Below, one piece after another: positions 44,168 to 54,671 of a DNA stretch of 64,000 nucleotides. The stretch comes from Pseudomonadota bacterium (GTDB taxonomy: Bacteria; Desulfobacterota; Desulfobulbia; Desulfobulbales; JAGXFP01), in assembly GCA_018814305.1 (NCBI GenBank), contig JAHJAA010000079.1, positions 10,130 to 74,129 of the forward strand. Reading direction: 5' to 3'. Below the pieces are notes generated by a model. It worked only from the letters and a program-made list of their open reading frames with translations, had not been told where the DNA came from and made no database searches. Position numbers and translations under genes: made by a program. Every line of letters begins with the position of its first letter. Position 1 is the stretch's first letter.

Positions 44168-45532
44168 ATGGATCGAATGGATGATGGGTATACCTTTTCA
44201 ATGGGTAACGATGAGACAAAGGTTAAAATTGTTGCTCTTGGAATTGGTGGTATGGGGAACAACGCCATGGAAAATCTGGCTGTATCCGATCTAAAGGGCT
44301 TGGAGCTTTATTCGGTTAATACCGATTATCAAGCTCTCCAGCGGTGTGTCGGATCAAGACCAATTCAAATTGGCGCCAAACGGACCAATGGTAAGGGCTC
44401 AGGCGGAAACCATGAGGTCGGGAGGCTTTCGGCTGAAGATGATTTGGATGTCCTTGCCGGTTTAATCACCGGAGCAGAGGTGGTTTTTATCGCCGCCGGC
44501 ATGGGTGGCGGGACCGGGACCGGGGCTGCGCCGGTTGTTGCTCGGCTTTGCCGTGATATGGGGATCCTGAGTGTCGGAGTGGTGACGACCCCGATTCATT
44601 GCGAAGGTCGAAAACGGACTGATAAAGCGGTAAAGGGGCTGGATGAGATGAGGCGTCACGTTGATTCCCTTGTGGTCATCGAGAATGAAAGACTTTCCCT
44701 GCTTATGGATCAGGAAGATGTTTCCATCGTTGAAGTTTTGCGAAGAGCCGATCAGGTGTTGTTAAGTGGGGTGAAGGGTATTTTAGGTACAATCAATTCC
44801 CATGGCTATATCAATCTCGATCTGGCCGACCTGAAGAATGTCCTCCAGCGGCGAGCAGAGGGAAGGTGCAATGATGCCATGATCGGAATTGGAGAAGCTC
44901 ATGGTAATGATCGGGCGGTTCGTGCGGCCACCGAAGCCCTCAAAAATCAAATCATGACCCGCGCCTCAATCCAAGGCGCTCATTCGCTGCTTGTTAATGT
45001 CGCGGGGGATGAAAACATGGGGCATCGGGAGGCATTACTGGCGGTTGAAACCATAGCGCGTCAGTTCGGTAACCAAGATCGTGAGCTCTTTATGGGGGTT
45101 GTAACCGATGCAAAAATGGGAAATAAAATAAGCGTTACCGTCATTGCCACTGGAATAGGGATGCGTTCCAATGACCAGGGGATCTGTGGGGTTGCCCAAA
45201 TGAGTCGGGATCAGTTGATTTCGAAAGCAGGACTCGGGACAGACGCGTATCATCCTGATCGAAGAATGACAAACGGAGTGAATGATGTTGTTTTGTCTGA
45301 AATCCCAAGGAAAGAGATTGAGGATGGTTTTGGTATTTCTCCATTGGTGGCCGTCAAAGAGTGGTGCATTCCTGCATTTCAGAGAAAAAAATCAAAATAT
45401 CGAAATGTTGAAGTTTCAGTTCTTCCCCTTAAATCAACAACCAAGAGTTTTCCCCGGGGAAGACAGCGGGATAGCCGTAAAACTTTGGGTTTTGCCGGGT
45501 TTTTCTTTCCGGTTGCGTCATCAACAATGTGA
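44168..45532 (+). CDS. ftsZ: cell division GTPase FtsZ (divergent; extended C-terminal tail)
   Basis: GIGGMGNNA, tubulin signature GGGTGTGAAPV, T7 loop NLDLADL, and C-terminal peptide IPAFQRKK followed by 46 more residues. ATG 44168 lies after GGGAGG. Confidence 0.9.
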   Translation: MDRMDDGYTFSMGNDETKVKIVALGIGGMGNNAMENLAVSDLKGLELYSVNTDYQALQRCVGSRPIQIGAKRTNGKGSGGNHEVGRLSAEDDLDVLAGLITGAEVVFIAAGMGGGTGTGAAPVVARLCRDMGILSVGVVTTPIHCEGRKRTDKAVKGLDEMRRHVDSLVVIENERLSLLMDQEDVSIVEVLRRADQVLLSGVKGILGTINSHGYINLDLADLKNVLQRRAEGRCNDAMIGIGEAHGNDRAVRAATEALKNQIMTRASIQGAHSLLVNVAGDENMGHREALLAVETIARQFGNQDRELFMGVVTDAKMGNKISVTVIATGIGMRSNDQGICGVAQMSRDQLISKAGLGTDAYHPDRRMTNGVNDVVLSEIPRKEIEDGFGISPLVAVKEWCIPAFQRKKSKYRNVEVSVLPLKSTTKSFPRGRQRDSRKTLGFAGFFFPVASSTM

Positions 45533-45580
45533 CCCCCCTGGTTGTCGATGAATTCTGTCGGCAGCTTCTTACCCCAGCCC

Positions 45581-45621
45581 GGGCTTCAATCTTCGGAGGC
45601 GAAGATTGAAGCCCTTTTTTT
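45581..45621 (+). terminator. rho-independent terminator after ftsZ
   Basis: Perfect 15-bp stem GGGCTTCAATCTTCG / CGAAGATTGAAGCCC with loop GAGG, followed by T7. Confidence 0.8.
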
Positions 45622-45758
45622 ATATCAATAATATCCATGAGCCTTGTAGTTTTCATCCGCGTGGGATGTTAAGCCTGGAATAGATTGATAATCTTTGTTT
45701 GAAAATTTTATTACTATCACCCCTCCTTCTAAATTTCATGTTTTTGGTGATATGAATC

Positions 45759-47093
45759 ATGGATAACGATGGGATGACTTTCCGAATGATCGGGCAAAAT
45801 CGATTCTGGCGAGCCGTTTTCGGTCGGAGGATGGTGATCTGTTTTTTTAACGGTTTCAGTGCTGGGATGCCGTTGTTTTTTCTCTATCAGTTATTGCCTG
45901 CCTGGTTGCGGAGTGAGCACGTTGATCTCAAAACTATCGGCCTGTTTTCGCTTGTGGGCATTCCCTATACCTGGAAGTTCGTGTGGGCACCATTCATGGA
46001 TCGTTATGTCCCGCCTTTTCTCGGGCGGCGCCGGGGTTGGATGTTGATTACCCAACTCATCCTCCTTTTGACCATGTCACTCTTTGGGTTATTTGATCCC
46101 CGACATCAGGTCCCTTTCATCGCGGCTCTGGCCTGTTTTGTTGCTTTTGCCTCGGCGAGTCAGGATATCGTTCTTGATGCGTATCGGCGGGAATTATTGC
46201 CGGATGAGGAACTGGGACTGGGCAATGCCATGTATGTAAACGGCTATCGGGCGGCGGTTTTCATCCCTGGGGGGCTAGGTCTTGTTATGGCAGGTTTTTT
46301 GCCCTGGCGGGCTGTTTTTTTTGGTGTTGCCTGCTTTATGGCCATTGGAATAATGAAAACCGTATTCATTGCCGAAGTGGCAGTCGATGTAAATCCTCCC
46401 AAATCGATCCGCGAAGCAGTCTGGTTGCCTTTTTGTGAGTTTTTTGATCGAAAGGGAGGGGTAGGGCAGGGGCTGTTGCTTCTCGCCTTTCTTTTTTTAT
46501 ATAAAATCGGTGACTCCATGGCCACATCACTGTCCACACCGTTTTATCTTGATCTTGGGTTTTCCATGACAGTTATAGGGACCATGGTCAAGATGATCAC
46601 ATTTTGGGCAATGATTGTCGGATCCATTCTGGGGGGGATCGTCATTTTTACAAGCGGTATAAATCGCTCTCTCTGGTATGCCGGTGGAGTACAAATGGTC
46701 TCGATTTTGGGATTTGCTCTATTGTCGACACTTGGCCCGAGTTTGCCTCTTCTTGGAGGTGTTATCGCTTTTGAGTATCTCGGTGTTGGTTTTGGGACTT
46801 CGGCCTTGGTGGCTTTTATGTCCCGTGCCACCAGCCATAATTTTACGGCGACTCAATTCGCCTTATTTTCCAGTTTGATTGCCCTACCGAGAACCTTTGT
46901 GAATGCCCTGACTGGTTTTATGATTGAGGGGGTTGGTCGGGACGATGGAGTATATTTTACAGTCCTGGGTGGTTGGCAGGGGATGGGGTATACTAATTTC
47001 TTTTTATTCTGTACCCTTTGCGCTATTCCCGGGATTATTTTGTTGAAATGGGTGGCACCTTGGAAGTGCCATGGAGCGGTTATCGGTCCATAA
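45759..47093 (+). CDS. ampG: AmpG-family muropeptide MFS permease
   Basis: 444 aa MFS protein. The N-terminal segment GFSAGMPLFFLYQLLPAWLRSEHVDLKTIGLFSLVGIPYTWKFVWAPFMDRY is typical of AmpG. Confidence 0.85.
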   Translation: MDNDGMTFRMIGQNRFWRAVFGRRMVICFFNGFSAGMPLFFLYQLLPAWLRSEHVDLKTIGLFSLVGIPYTWKFVWAPFMDRYVPPFLGRRRGWMLITQLILLLTMSLFGLFDPRHQVPFIAALACFVAFASASQDIVLDAYRRELLPDEELGLGNAMYVNGYRAAVFIPGGLGLVMAGFLPWRAVFFGVACFMAIGIMKTVFIAEVAVDVNPPKSIREAVWLPFCEFFDRKGGVGQGLLLLAFLFLYKIGDSMATSLSTPFYLDLGFSMTVIGTMVKMITFWAMIVGSILGGIVIFTSGINRSLWYAGGVQMVSILGFALLSTLGPSLPLLGGVIAFEYLGVGFGTSALVAFMSRATSHNFTATQFALFSSLIALPRTFVNALTGFMIEGVGRDDGVYFTVLGGWQGMGYTNFFLFCTLCAIPGIILLKWVAPWKCHGAVIGP

Positions 47094-47353
47094 ATCGATG
47101 GCTTTTAACAAATGGGGCAGATGAAAGTGAATTATGTTCAATAATATGGCTACAATCGTCATTATATGACTGAAAAAACTCGATAATTATTGTAGTGTGT
47201 GCTTTACTTGTCACTATTTCGCTGTTATTCTGGACATGATTTAAGAGTATAAAATGAATCATCCTTAATGAAGGCGATAATCCGGGAGATGAAGAGTTCC
47301 ACTGTTTAATTCCCAGATTTTCCACTCCGGGTACTGGAAGAAGTGAGGAAGCA

Positions 47354-49474
47354 ATGATTGAACGAAGGTTCCAAGTAGGCATGATACAGCTGGTAGCTGC
47401 CCTAGTTCTTCTTTTACAAACGGGCTGTGCAACGGAAGGGAGTTATCGGTATGTGGATCACAATCTCAGGACCCATACGGTAAAACCTGATTCGGGTTTT
47501 TCTGCTGATGGAGCGACTCAGTCCGGGAAAACGGTTCAGTATGTTGCCGGAGAAGGGAATACAGTTCGATATGTTGCCAGAGATGGTGAGATCATCAGAA
47601 TTACCCCTGAGGAACCTGTTGAAAGCGCTCCTTCAACCATGACCGAAGAGTTAGCCCCCGAGGATGCAGCACTCCGTGCCGCAGGAACTGATTCGGCTCT
47701 ACTTGAGGCCTTTATTGATCAAAATGCGCCATCCGAGCGCGCCTTTGTCGCTTTCACAAGATTACTTAAACCTTATATCGACCAACGAGCCTGGGACGGT
47801 GCGACAAGCGTTTTATCCAGATATGGGGAGAAATTTCCGGACATGGTGGGGCGTTTTGCTGCAGTGAATGCCTTGGTAAATGCTCCAGAAACCGGGATAA
47901 CCATTCGTAATCTTGGTGCCGGGATCAATAGTGGTGATCCCGAGTACAACCCGGTCATCAGTTCTGATGAAAAGACGCTTTACTTTGCTCGTGACTGTGG
48001 TGAATGTCTTGGTGGAGAAGATATCTATATGTCCCGTAGAGATGTATCCGGGATCTGGGCCAAGGCTGCAAGAATAGGATCTTCGGTTAATACCAGTGGT
48101 CATGAGATCCCTTTAGGTATTTCAGCCGATGGGACTGTCCTGAGTCTTTTCGGTAATTATACCGAGTCGTTGGGGCGGGGGGATATCTTTCATGTTGATA
48201 AGACCCCCTCCGGTTGGTCATCAATGAACCATTATCCGGCACCGATTAACTCCGAATATTTTGAGAGTAATGCGGTTTATACTGCCGATGGGAAGGCCAT
48301 ATTCTTTATTTCGGAACGACCCGGTGGGATTGGCGAGTATCATGCTAAAGGTGAGTACTTTCATGGTTCATATGGTGGTAATACGGATATATATGTAGCG
48401 GTTAAGGGAGCTAACGATTCGTTTGAGGTAATTAACCTCGGATCGGCTATCAATACCCCCTACAGTGAATATTCACCGTTCCTTCATCCTGATGGTAAAA
48501 CTCTCTACTTCAGCTCTGATGGTCATCCCGGGTTGGGTGGACTTGATGTTTTTAAGACCACACGATTGAGTGATACGTCTTGGACCGAGTGGAGTGTGCC
48601 GGTTAACCTGGGAAAAGAGATTAATACTGCAGCCAGTGACTGGGGGTATCAAGTGGCTACCTCCGGTGAAAAGGTCTATTTTGCCGTGAGTGATCGGGCG
48701 AATGGCTTTGGTCAAAGTGATCTCTATACCGTCGAATTGCCCCCGGCTGCTAAACCCTCAACAGTGATTACGATCATCGGAACCGTGACTGATCCTTCTG
48801 GAAAAGCATTGCCGGAAGCTACGGTTCGCTGGAATGATCTAACTCTCCAAAAGGAAATTGGAGTTGCCAAAACCGATCCCCAAAGCGGAGAGTATGTGAT
48901 TCACTTCCCTGTTGGTGGGCGTTATGGGTACTATGCCGAATATCCGGGTTATATTGGGCAGTCTGAGTACTTTGATCTTAGCGATGATCTAGAATACAGA
49001 GAATTTGCTTTGGATATTGTTTTACAGCCTATTCCAAAGCCGGTGATCAAGGCTCCTGAGCCGAAACCCGTTGCCGAGGTTTTGGAGATCCCGGAAATTG
49101 AAGAGGAAACCGTTGCCTCTGCAAAATTAGCCCCTATCAGGATGAACAACATCTTTTTTGAATTCAATAAAGCAGAGCTCCTGCAAGAGTCCTATATGGA
49201 ACTAGAGCGCTGGGTCCGTTTTATGAAGGAGAATCAAGGGATCCGGATGCAGATTTTTGGTAATGCCGACAATGTCGGTACTGATGAATATAACCAGAAG
49301 CTTTCAGAAAAACGGGCCAAGTCGGTTGCGCAGTATCTCGCCAATCAAGGCATTGATTTGGGCAGAATGGAGGCAATTGGTTACGGCGAATCCCGTCCTG
49401 TGGCCAGCAATGATACGGAAGAGGGGCGACAGTTGAATCGTCGGGTTGAGGTGAAAATTCTTTCTGAAGAATAA
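47354..49474 (+). CDS. OmpA-family lipoprotein with TolB-like (PD40) beta-propeller repeats and a CarboxypepD_reg-like domain
   Basis: Lipobox LLLQTGC. Four PD40-like repeats (e.g. EYSPFLHPDGKTLYFSSD). IIGTVTDPSGKALPEATV matches CarboxypepD_reg. C-terminal OmpA domain (FEFNKAEL...NQKLSEKRAKSV...NRRVEVKI). Confidence 0.8.
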   Translation: MIERRFQVGMIQLVAALVLLLQTGCATEGSYRYVDHNLRTHTVKPDSGFSADGATQSGKTVQYVAGEGNTVRYVARDGEIIRITPEEPVESAPSTMTEELAPEDAALRAAGTDSALLEAFIDQNAPSERAFVAFTRLLKPYIDQRAWDGATSVLSRYGEKFPDMVGRFAAVNALVNAPETGITIRNLGAGINSGDPEYNPVISSDEKTLYFARDCGECLGGEDIYMSRRDVSGIWAKAARIGSSVNTSGHEIPLGISADGTVLSLFGNYTESLGRGDIFHVDKTPSGWSSMNHYPAPINSEYFESNAVYTADGKAIFFISERPGGIGEYHAKGEYFHGSYGGNTDIYVAVKGANDSFEVINLGSAINTPYSEYSPFLHPDGKTLYFSSDGHPGLGGLDVFKTTRLSDTSWTEWSVPVNLGKEINTAASDWGYQVATSGEKVYFAVSDRANGFGQSDLYTVELPPAAKPSTVITIIGTVTDPSGKALPEATVRWNDLTLQKEIGVAKTDPQSGEYVIHFPVGGRYGYYAEYPGYIGQSEYFDLSDDLEYREFALDIVLQPIPKPVIKAPEPKPVAEVLEIPEIEEETVASAKLAPIRMNNIFFEFNKAELLQESYMELERWVRFMKENQGIRMQIFGNADNVGTDEYNQKLSEKRAKSVAQYLANQGIDLGRMEAIGYGESRPVASNDTEEGRQLNRRVEVKILSEE

Positions 49475-49499
49475 ACTTTAGGATTTAATGCTGAAAAAA

Positions 49500-49533
49500 G
49501 GGAGATGCCTGTCTAAGCATCTCCCTTTTTTTT
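49500..49533. terminator. bidirectional rho-independent terminator
   Basis: Stem GGGAGATGC / GCATCTCCC flanked by A6 and T8, between convergent genes. Confidence 0.75.
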
Positions 49534-49573
49534 ATTCTGCAGAACGCGCGATTTTATAAGATAGTTTGTTTTT

Positions 49574-50068
49574 TTAAGGGACCACGCCGGCATCCGGAGC
49601 AGTAGGCTGGTTGGTCTGTCGAATTGCCTCGTACAATACTATTCCGCAGGCCATGGCTAGATTCAGGCTTCTGATTTTAGGGCTGGTCATGGGGATTCGA
49701 TAACAACGGTCCGGGAGGCTGTGGATCAGATATTCAGGGAGGCCTTTGGTCTCCTTGCCGAATATCAGATAATCACCCCGTTTGAACCTGCACTCCGTGT
49801 AGCTTTTTTGGGTTTTCTTGGTTAAAAAATGGAGCTTTTCCAAGGGGGCTGCCGCCAGAAAATCGTCCAGACTTTCCCAATATATGATTTCAACATACTG
49901 CCAATAATCAAGGCCAGCCCTTTTTAGTTGTTTGTCATCGGTACTGAAGCCTAGAGGTTTGACCAGATGGAGGGTGGTTTCAGTGGCTCCGCAGAGGCGG
50001 GCAACGCTTCCAGTATTGGGGGGGATTTCCGGTTCTACGAGGACGATGTTGAAGCGGGTGGGGTCCAT
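49574..50068 (-). CDS. trmL: tRNA (cytidine/uridine-2'-O-)-methyltransferase TrmL (SpoU family)
   Basis: 164 aa. IVLVEPEIPPNTGSVARLC, LIFGKETKGLP and the SLNLAMACGIVLYEA SPOUT knot motifs. Confidence 0.85.
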   Translation of the reverse strand: MDPTRFNIVLVEPEIPPNTGSVARLCGATETTLHLVKPLGFSTDDKQLKRAGLDYWQYVEIIYWESLDDFLAAAPLEKLHFLTKKTQKSYTECRFKRGDYLIFGKETKGLPEYLIHSLPDRCYRIPMTSPKIRSLNLAMACGIVLYEAIRQTNQPTAPDAGVVP

Positions 50069-50073
50069 GGATT

Positions 50074-51465
50074 TTACAACAGTTCGAGGGGAGAGTCGGG
50101 ATACCGTGTTACATTATCAACCTGAAGAAACGGGCCTTCAAGGTTGCCGTCAAGATGATTGATTAGTTCCGAAGCGTGTTGCTTGAAATCGAGTTGAGCC
50201 GAATCCGGGAGTACAGTTAAAGGCTTATACTTGTAGGCAAAAGGATTCTTGAACACCCCCTGAACTTCAAGTCGGTAATCCAGATGAGGCCCGGTGGCCA
50301 GGCCGGTTGCGCCAACAAATCCGATGATTTCTTTTTGTCTGACCCGGGAGCCCTTTTTGAGGTTTTTAGAAAACCGCGAAAGATGACCATAATGGGTTCG
50401 GTACCCATTACTATGCTCGATGATAATCTGGTTGCCGAATCCACCATTCTTTCCGATGAAAGCGATTTTTCCTTCCGCAGTTGCCATGATCGGGGTTCCG
50501 GTAGGGGCAGCAAGGTCGATACCCAGATGTTTTCTGACATCTCCGAGGATTGGATGCTTGCGCCTGGTGGTGAATCGTGAACTGACCCGCCCGAGTGGAA
50601 CAGGAGATTTGATAAATGACGAACCGAGTTGCCGCCCCTCCCTATCAAAATAGCCGGCTACCGGTAGTGTTGCAGTATAATGAAAGGCTTCAAGGGGAGG
50701 GAGGTCATTCTGCTGATAGCGAGCGACCAGGATATTGCCATACCCGATAAATTTCCCGTCCTTTTCGTATTCTTCGACCATGAGGCTGAATTGGTCACCA
50801 ACTCGGGTTTCGGTGTTAAAATCAAATCTTGAGGCAAAGATATCGGCAAAGGCGTAAATTAGTTTAGGGTTTTTGATGTCTTTCGGGAAAGCTTCGGTGA
50901 GAGAGGTGAGAATGGTGCCGGTGATTGTTACTGTTTTACGGGTTAGCTCAAGAGGGGTTTGGGTGACCATGTAATGATCCGGGCCGGGGGTGATCATGTA
51001 AAAGTTGAGTTGGCCGGTCTGGAAAATTCCGTTGATAAGTTGGTCGTGCTGGTCAAGGGTTAACTTGAGGCTGTCACCGGGGTGGAGGGTTTTGAGATTT
51101 ACTTCAAGCGCCAGGGCAGTAACTATTTTATTGATGATGGTGTAGGGCACCTGATGCCTGGAAAAAAGTTTTTCAAGAGTATCGCCGCTCTGTAGGGTCA
51201 TGGTGATACGGTGGGAGAGATCTTCTGGCGAAGAAAACTCCTGGTTTATAGGTAGATGTGATTCTTTCAGGGCTTGGTCCATCGGAGGGATTTTTGCCAG
51301 GGCGGGCCGCAGAAGAAACTGGTTGTCCACACCAAACTCAAAGGCGAGGGAAATCAGAATCATCATCAGGCCGGTACTGACGATTAGGGTAATAAAATGA
51401 TATGTCTTGAAAAATTTTTTAAGAGCGGGCATCATTTTGCTTCCAGTAAGCTTTTGGGTGGGCAT
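50074..51465 (-). CDS. M23-family murein endopeptidase (MepM/NlpD-like)
   Basis: HLGIDLAAPTGTPI...GGFGNQIIIEHSNGYRTHYGHLS is the M23 (LytM) metallopeptidase signature. N-terminal TM anchor. Confidence 0.85.
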   Translation of the reverse strand: MPTQKLTGSKMMPALKKFFKTYHFITLIVSTGLMMILISLAFEFGVDNQFLLRPALAKIPPMDQALKESHLPINQEFSSPEDLSHRITMTLQSGDTLEKLFSRHQVPYTIINKIVTALALEVNLKTLHPGDSLKLTLDQHDQLINGIFQTGQLNFYMITPGPDHYMVTQTPLELTRKTVTITGTILTSLTEAFPKDIKNPKLIYAFADIFASRFDFNTETRVGDQFSLMVEEYEKDGKFIGYGNILVARYQQNDLPPLEAFHYTATLPVAGYFDREGRQLGSSFIKSPVPLGRVSSRFTTRRKHPILGDVRKHLGIDLAAPTGTPIMATAEGKIAFIGKNGGFGNQIIIEHSNGYRTHYGHLSRFSKNLKKGSRVRQKEIIGFVGATGLATGPHLDYRLEVQGVFKNPFAYKYKPLTVLPDSAQLDFKQHASELINHLDGNLEGPFLQVDNVTRYPDSPLELL

Positions 51466-51796
51466 AAACAGAAAGAATATAAAGGATATTTGTCAAGATT
51501 ACAGCTCTTTTATCTAATTATGGCTCTCTGACGTGGGGGTAAGCTGGGATTTGGGATGATGGTGTTCGCCTTTTGAACTGAATTTCTCTTCCTCTTAATT
51601 TTAAATTTAATGGTTTGATACCAGATGGTGAGAGACGATTTATTCCATGGTTTATGGAGCGCAAAGCCCTTACCGAACTAAGGATTAAACAAATAAATCT
51701 GTAGTTATTGTGTGTGGAAATTGGTATCTATTTGTCCTTAATTTAAAAAACAGTCGTCATACTATAAAAATATGTAAAGAGGATTTGATTCGAGTT

Positions 51797-53041
51797 ATGG
51801 CCCTTATAGTACAGAAATTTGGTGGGACTTCGGTGGCTAATCCGGAAAAAATACGGAATGTGGCCAAGAGAGTTCTTAAAAAGGCTCGGGAGGGGAATCA
51901 GATGGTCGTTGTCCTTTCGGCCATGGCTGGTGAAACGAATCGTTTTGTAAATCTGGCCGACCAGATGCAAAAAATCCCTGATCCCCGAGAGATGGATGTA
52001 TTGCTCTCCTCTGGTGAACAGGTAACTATTGCCTTGTTTGCCATGGCGGTTAAGGATGAGGGGGGGGACGCGATTTCGTTCCTGGGTGATCAAGTCAAGA
52101 TCATCACCGATACCATGCATACCAAAGCCAGGATCAGAAACATCGATACCGAACGGATCAATAAACATTTGGCCCAAGGGAAGATTGTTGTTGTTGCCGG
52201 TTTTCAAGGGGTAACTGATAATGAGGATATAACGACTCTGGGTCGGGGAGGCTCTGATACCACGGCAGTGGCACTGGCTGCTGCGCTTAAGGCGGATCAA
52301 TGTGAAATTTTTACCGATGTTGAGGGCGTCTATACAACGGATCCGAATATTTGTGCTTCCGCCAGAAAGATCGATCGTATCAGTTATGATGAGATGCTTG
52401 AACTTGCAAGCCTTGGCGCCAAGGTATTGGATATAAGGTCCGTTGGGTTGGCAAAAAAATTCAAGGTTCCGGTGCATGTCCGGTCAACTTTTACAGAAAC
52501 CGAAGGAACATGGGTTGTTGAGGAGGAGAAAAAGATGGAATCAATGTTGGTTTCCGGGGTCACATACAGTAAAAACGAGGCCCGAATTACCGTTTCCAGG
52601 GTTCCGGATACCCCGGGGATTGCCTCAAAACTGTTTACCCCAATTTCCGATACCGGAATCATTATTGATATGATCATTCAGAATACCAGGGCTGGTGATT
52701 TGACCGATATGACTTTTACCGTCCCCAGAACTGATTATGTCAGGGCCATGAAAATTGTTGAGGAGATTGCCGCCGAAATCGGTGCTGAGAGTGTCAATGG
52801 CTCCGATGACATCGCCAAAATATCCATTGTCGGGGTGGGGATGAGGAATCATGCCGGTATTGCCACAACCATGTTCCATGTGTTGGCTCGAGAGGGGATC
52901 AATATTATGATGATCAGTACTTCCGAGATTAAGGTTTCCTGTGTTATTGCGGAAAAATATACTGAACTAGCCGTCAGGGCATTGCATGACGCCTTTGAGA
53001 TGGGTAAGGAAAATCAGCCGGTGGATGAAACCGGCCAATAA
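51797..53041 (+). CDS. lysC: aspartate kinase
   Basis: [36 protein letters not shown] and two C-terminal ACT domains. Start placed at ATG 51797. Confidence 0.9.
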   Translation: MALIVQKFGGTSVANPEKIRNVAKRVLKKAREGNQMVVVLSAMAGETNRFVNLADQMQKIPDPREMDVLLSSGEQVTIALFAMAVKDEGGDAISFLGDQVKIITDTMHTKARIRNIDTERINKHLAQGKIVVVAGFQGVTDNEDITTLGRGGSDTTAVALAAALKADQCEIFTDVEGVYTTDPNICASARKIDRISYDEMLELASLGAKVLDIRSVGLAKKFKVPVHVRSTFTETEGTWVVEEEKKMESMLVSGVTYSKNEARITVSRVPDTPGIASKLFTPISDTGIIIDMIIQNTRAGDLTDMTFTVPRTDYVRAMKIVEEIAAEIGAESVNGSDDIAKISIVGVGMRNHAGIATTMFHVLAREGINIMMISTSEIKVSCVIAEKYTELAVRALHDAFEMGKENQPVDETGQ

Positions 53042-53056
53042 AATGTGTGATTCGAT

Positions 53057-54649
53057 ATGGCTGAGCTTGTAATTTACGACACCACCCTGCGTGATGGGAC
53101 CCAGGCGGAAAATTTCAACCTTTCCACCGACGATAAGATCAGGATTACCTTGAAGCTTGATGCCTTGGGGATTGATTATATCGAGGGAGGATGGCCCGGG
53201 GCCAATCCTGTTACCACGGAATATTTTAACGAAATCAAGAATTATTCCTTGCGCCATACCCGTTTAACTGCTTTTGGGAGCACCAGAAATTTCAATAACC
53301 CACCCGAGAAGGATCCCAATCTCCAGGCCCTGGTCGAGGCAGGGACCGCTGGTATCACCATCTTTGGGAAAACATGGGACGTGCATGTCAGGGATGCTCT
53401 TCGCATCAAACCTGAAGATAATCTCTTGATTATAGATGATTCATTGCGTTTTTTACGTAGCCGAACCCAACATCTTTTTTATGATGCTGAACACTTCTTT
53501 GACGGATTTAAGGGAGATAAAGAGTACGCCCTGGCCACTATTGATCGGGCGGTTGGAGCTGGCGCCGATTGTATCGTTCTCTGTGACACTAACGGTGGCA
53601 CTTTACCCACCGAGCTGTTTGAAATCATCAGAACGGTCAAGGAGTATTTCTTGGCCAAAGACATGCATCCGTCTTTGGGGATCCATGCCCATAATGATGC
53701 TGAATCGGCAGTGGCTAATTCGCTGTTAGCAGTGTCGCTGGGAATTACCCAGATCCAGGGGACAATGAATGGGGTTGGTGAGCGCTGTGGTAATGCCAAC
53801 CTGACCTCGATTATTCCGGCTCTGGCCTTGAAGATGGGACATAGTTTTTCTGCGGCCGAACACCTGAGGGAGTTGACTGAGACATCACGTTTTGTTTCCG
53901 AACTGGCCAATATGACCCCGAACATGTTTCAACCTTATGTGGGGGCGGCCGCCTTTGCCCATAAAGGAGGGATTCATGTGAGTGCTGTCCAGCGGAATCC
54001 TATGACCTATGAGCATATCGATCCGGAACTCGTTGGGAACAGCCGCCGGATTCTCATTTCCGACCAGGCCGGTAAGAGTAACATTCTTCATAAATCGGCT
54101 AAATTTGGGATTGAGTTGAACAGTGATGATCCGAGGGTCGCTTCTATCCTGAAGGAGCTGAAAGATCTGGAAAAGCAAGGTTACCAGTATGAAGGCGCCG
54201 AGGCCTCTTTCGAGTTATTGATGCGCAAGGCCCTGGGGACGACCCGCCGTTATTTTGATTTACATGGTTTCAGGGTCATCAGCCAGAAACGGGATGTCGA
54301 TGTGCCTCCCCAGGACGAGGCGACGGTTCGGTTGGAAGTTGGTGGTGAGATGGTCCATACCGCCGCTTTGGGAGCAGGGCCGGTTAATGCCCTTGACAAT
54401 GCCCTGCGGAAGGCCTTGACTCGATTTTATCCGTCTTTAGCCGAGATGCACCTCAAGGACTATAAGGTCAGGGTGTTGGCCAGTGACCATGGGACCGGGG
54501 CTCGGGTTCGAGTCTTGATCCAGACCAGTGACAATGATGGTGAATGGGGAACCGTCGGAGTTTCACATGATATCATTGAGGCCAGCTGGCAAGCCCTGGT
54601 TGACAGCTTGACTTATAAATTAATGAAAGATGAACGGAAATTATCTTAA
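53057..54649 (+). CDS. cimA: citramalate synthase (LeuA/CimA family, type with C-terminal LeuA dimerisation domain)
   Basis: IYDTTLRDGTQAE, IEGGWPGANP, HAHND and GERCGNANL. At 530 aa, the size and N-terminus resemble Geobacter-type CimA. Distinguishing it from LeuA would need phylogeny. Confidence 0.8.
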   Translation: MAELVIYDTTLRDGTQAENFNLSTDDKIRITLKLDALGIDYIEGGWPGANPVTTEYFNEIKNYSLRHTRLTAFGSTRNFNNPPEKDPNLQALVEAGTAGITIFGKTWDVHVRDALRIKPEDNLLIIDDSLRFLRSRTQHLFYDAEHFFDGFKGDKEYALATIDRAVGAGADCIVLCDTNGGTLPTELFEIIRTVKEYFLAKDMHPSLGIHAHNDAESAVANSLLAVSLGITQIQGTMNGVGERCGNANLTSIIPALALKMGHSFSAAEHLRELTETSRFVSELANMTPNMFQPYVGAAAFAHKGGIHVSAVQRNPMTYEHIDPELVGNSRRILISDQAGKSNILHKSAKFGIELNSDDPRVASILKELKDLEKQGYQYEGAEASFELLMRKALGTTRRYFDLHGFRVISQKRDVDVPPQDEATVRLEVGGEMVHTAALGAGPVNALDNALRKALTRFYPSLAEMHLKDYKVRVLASDHGTGARVRVLIQTSDNDGEWGTVGVSHDIIEASWQALVDSLTYKLMKDERKLS

Positions 54650-54671
54650 CAAGGTTTCCTGCAGTTCTTCA

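Noticed and set aside
47080-47382. 100-aa minus-strand ORF between ampG and the OmpA-family gene
   Set aside because: It overlaps the ends of both flanking genes and has no RBS or recognisable motif. It is most likely intergenic.
51466-51796. Possible lysine riboswitch (L-box) in the 330-bp leader of lysC
   Set aside because: I could not find the conserved L-box core helices or motifs by eye. The region is simply AT-rich. A covariance-model scan would be needed to revisit this.
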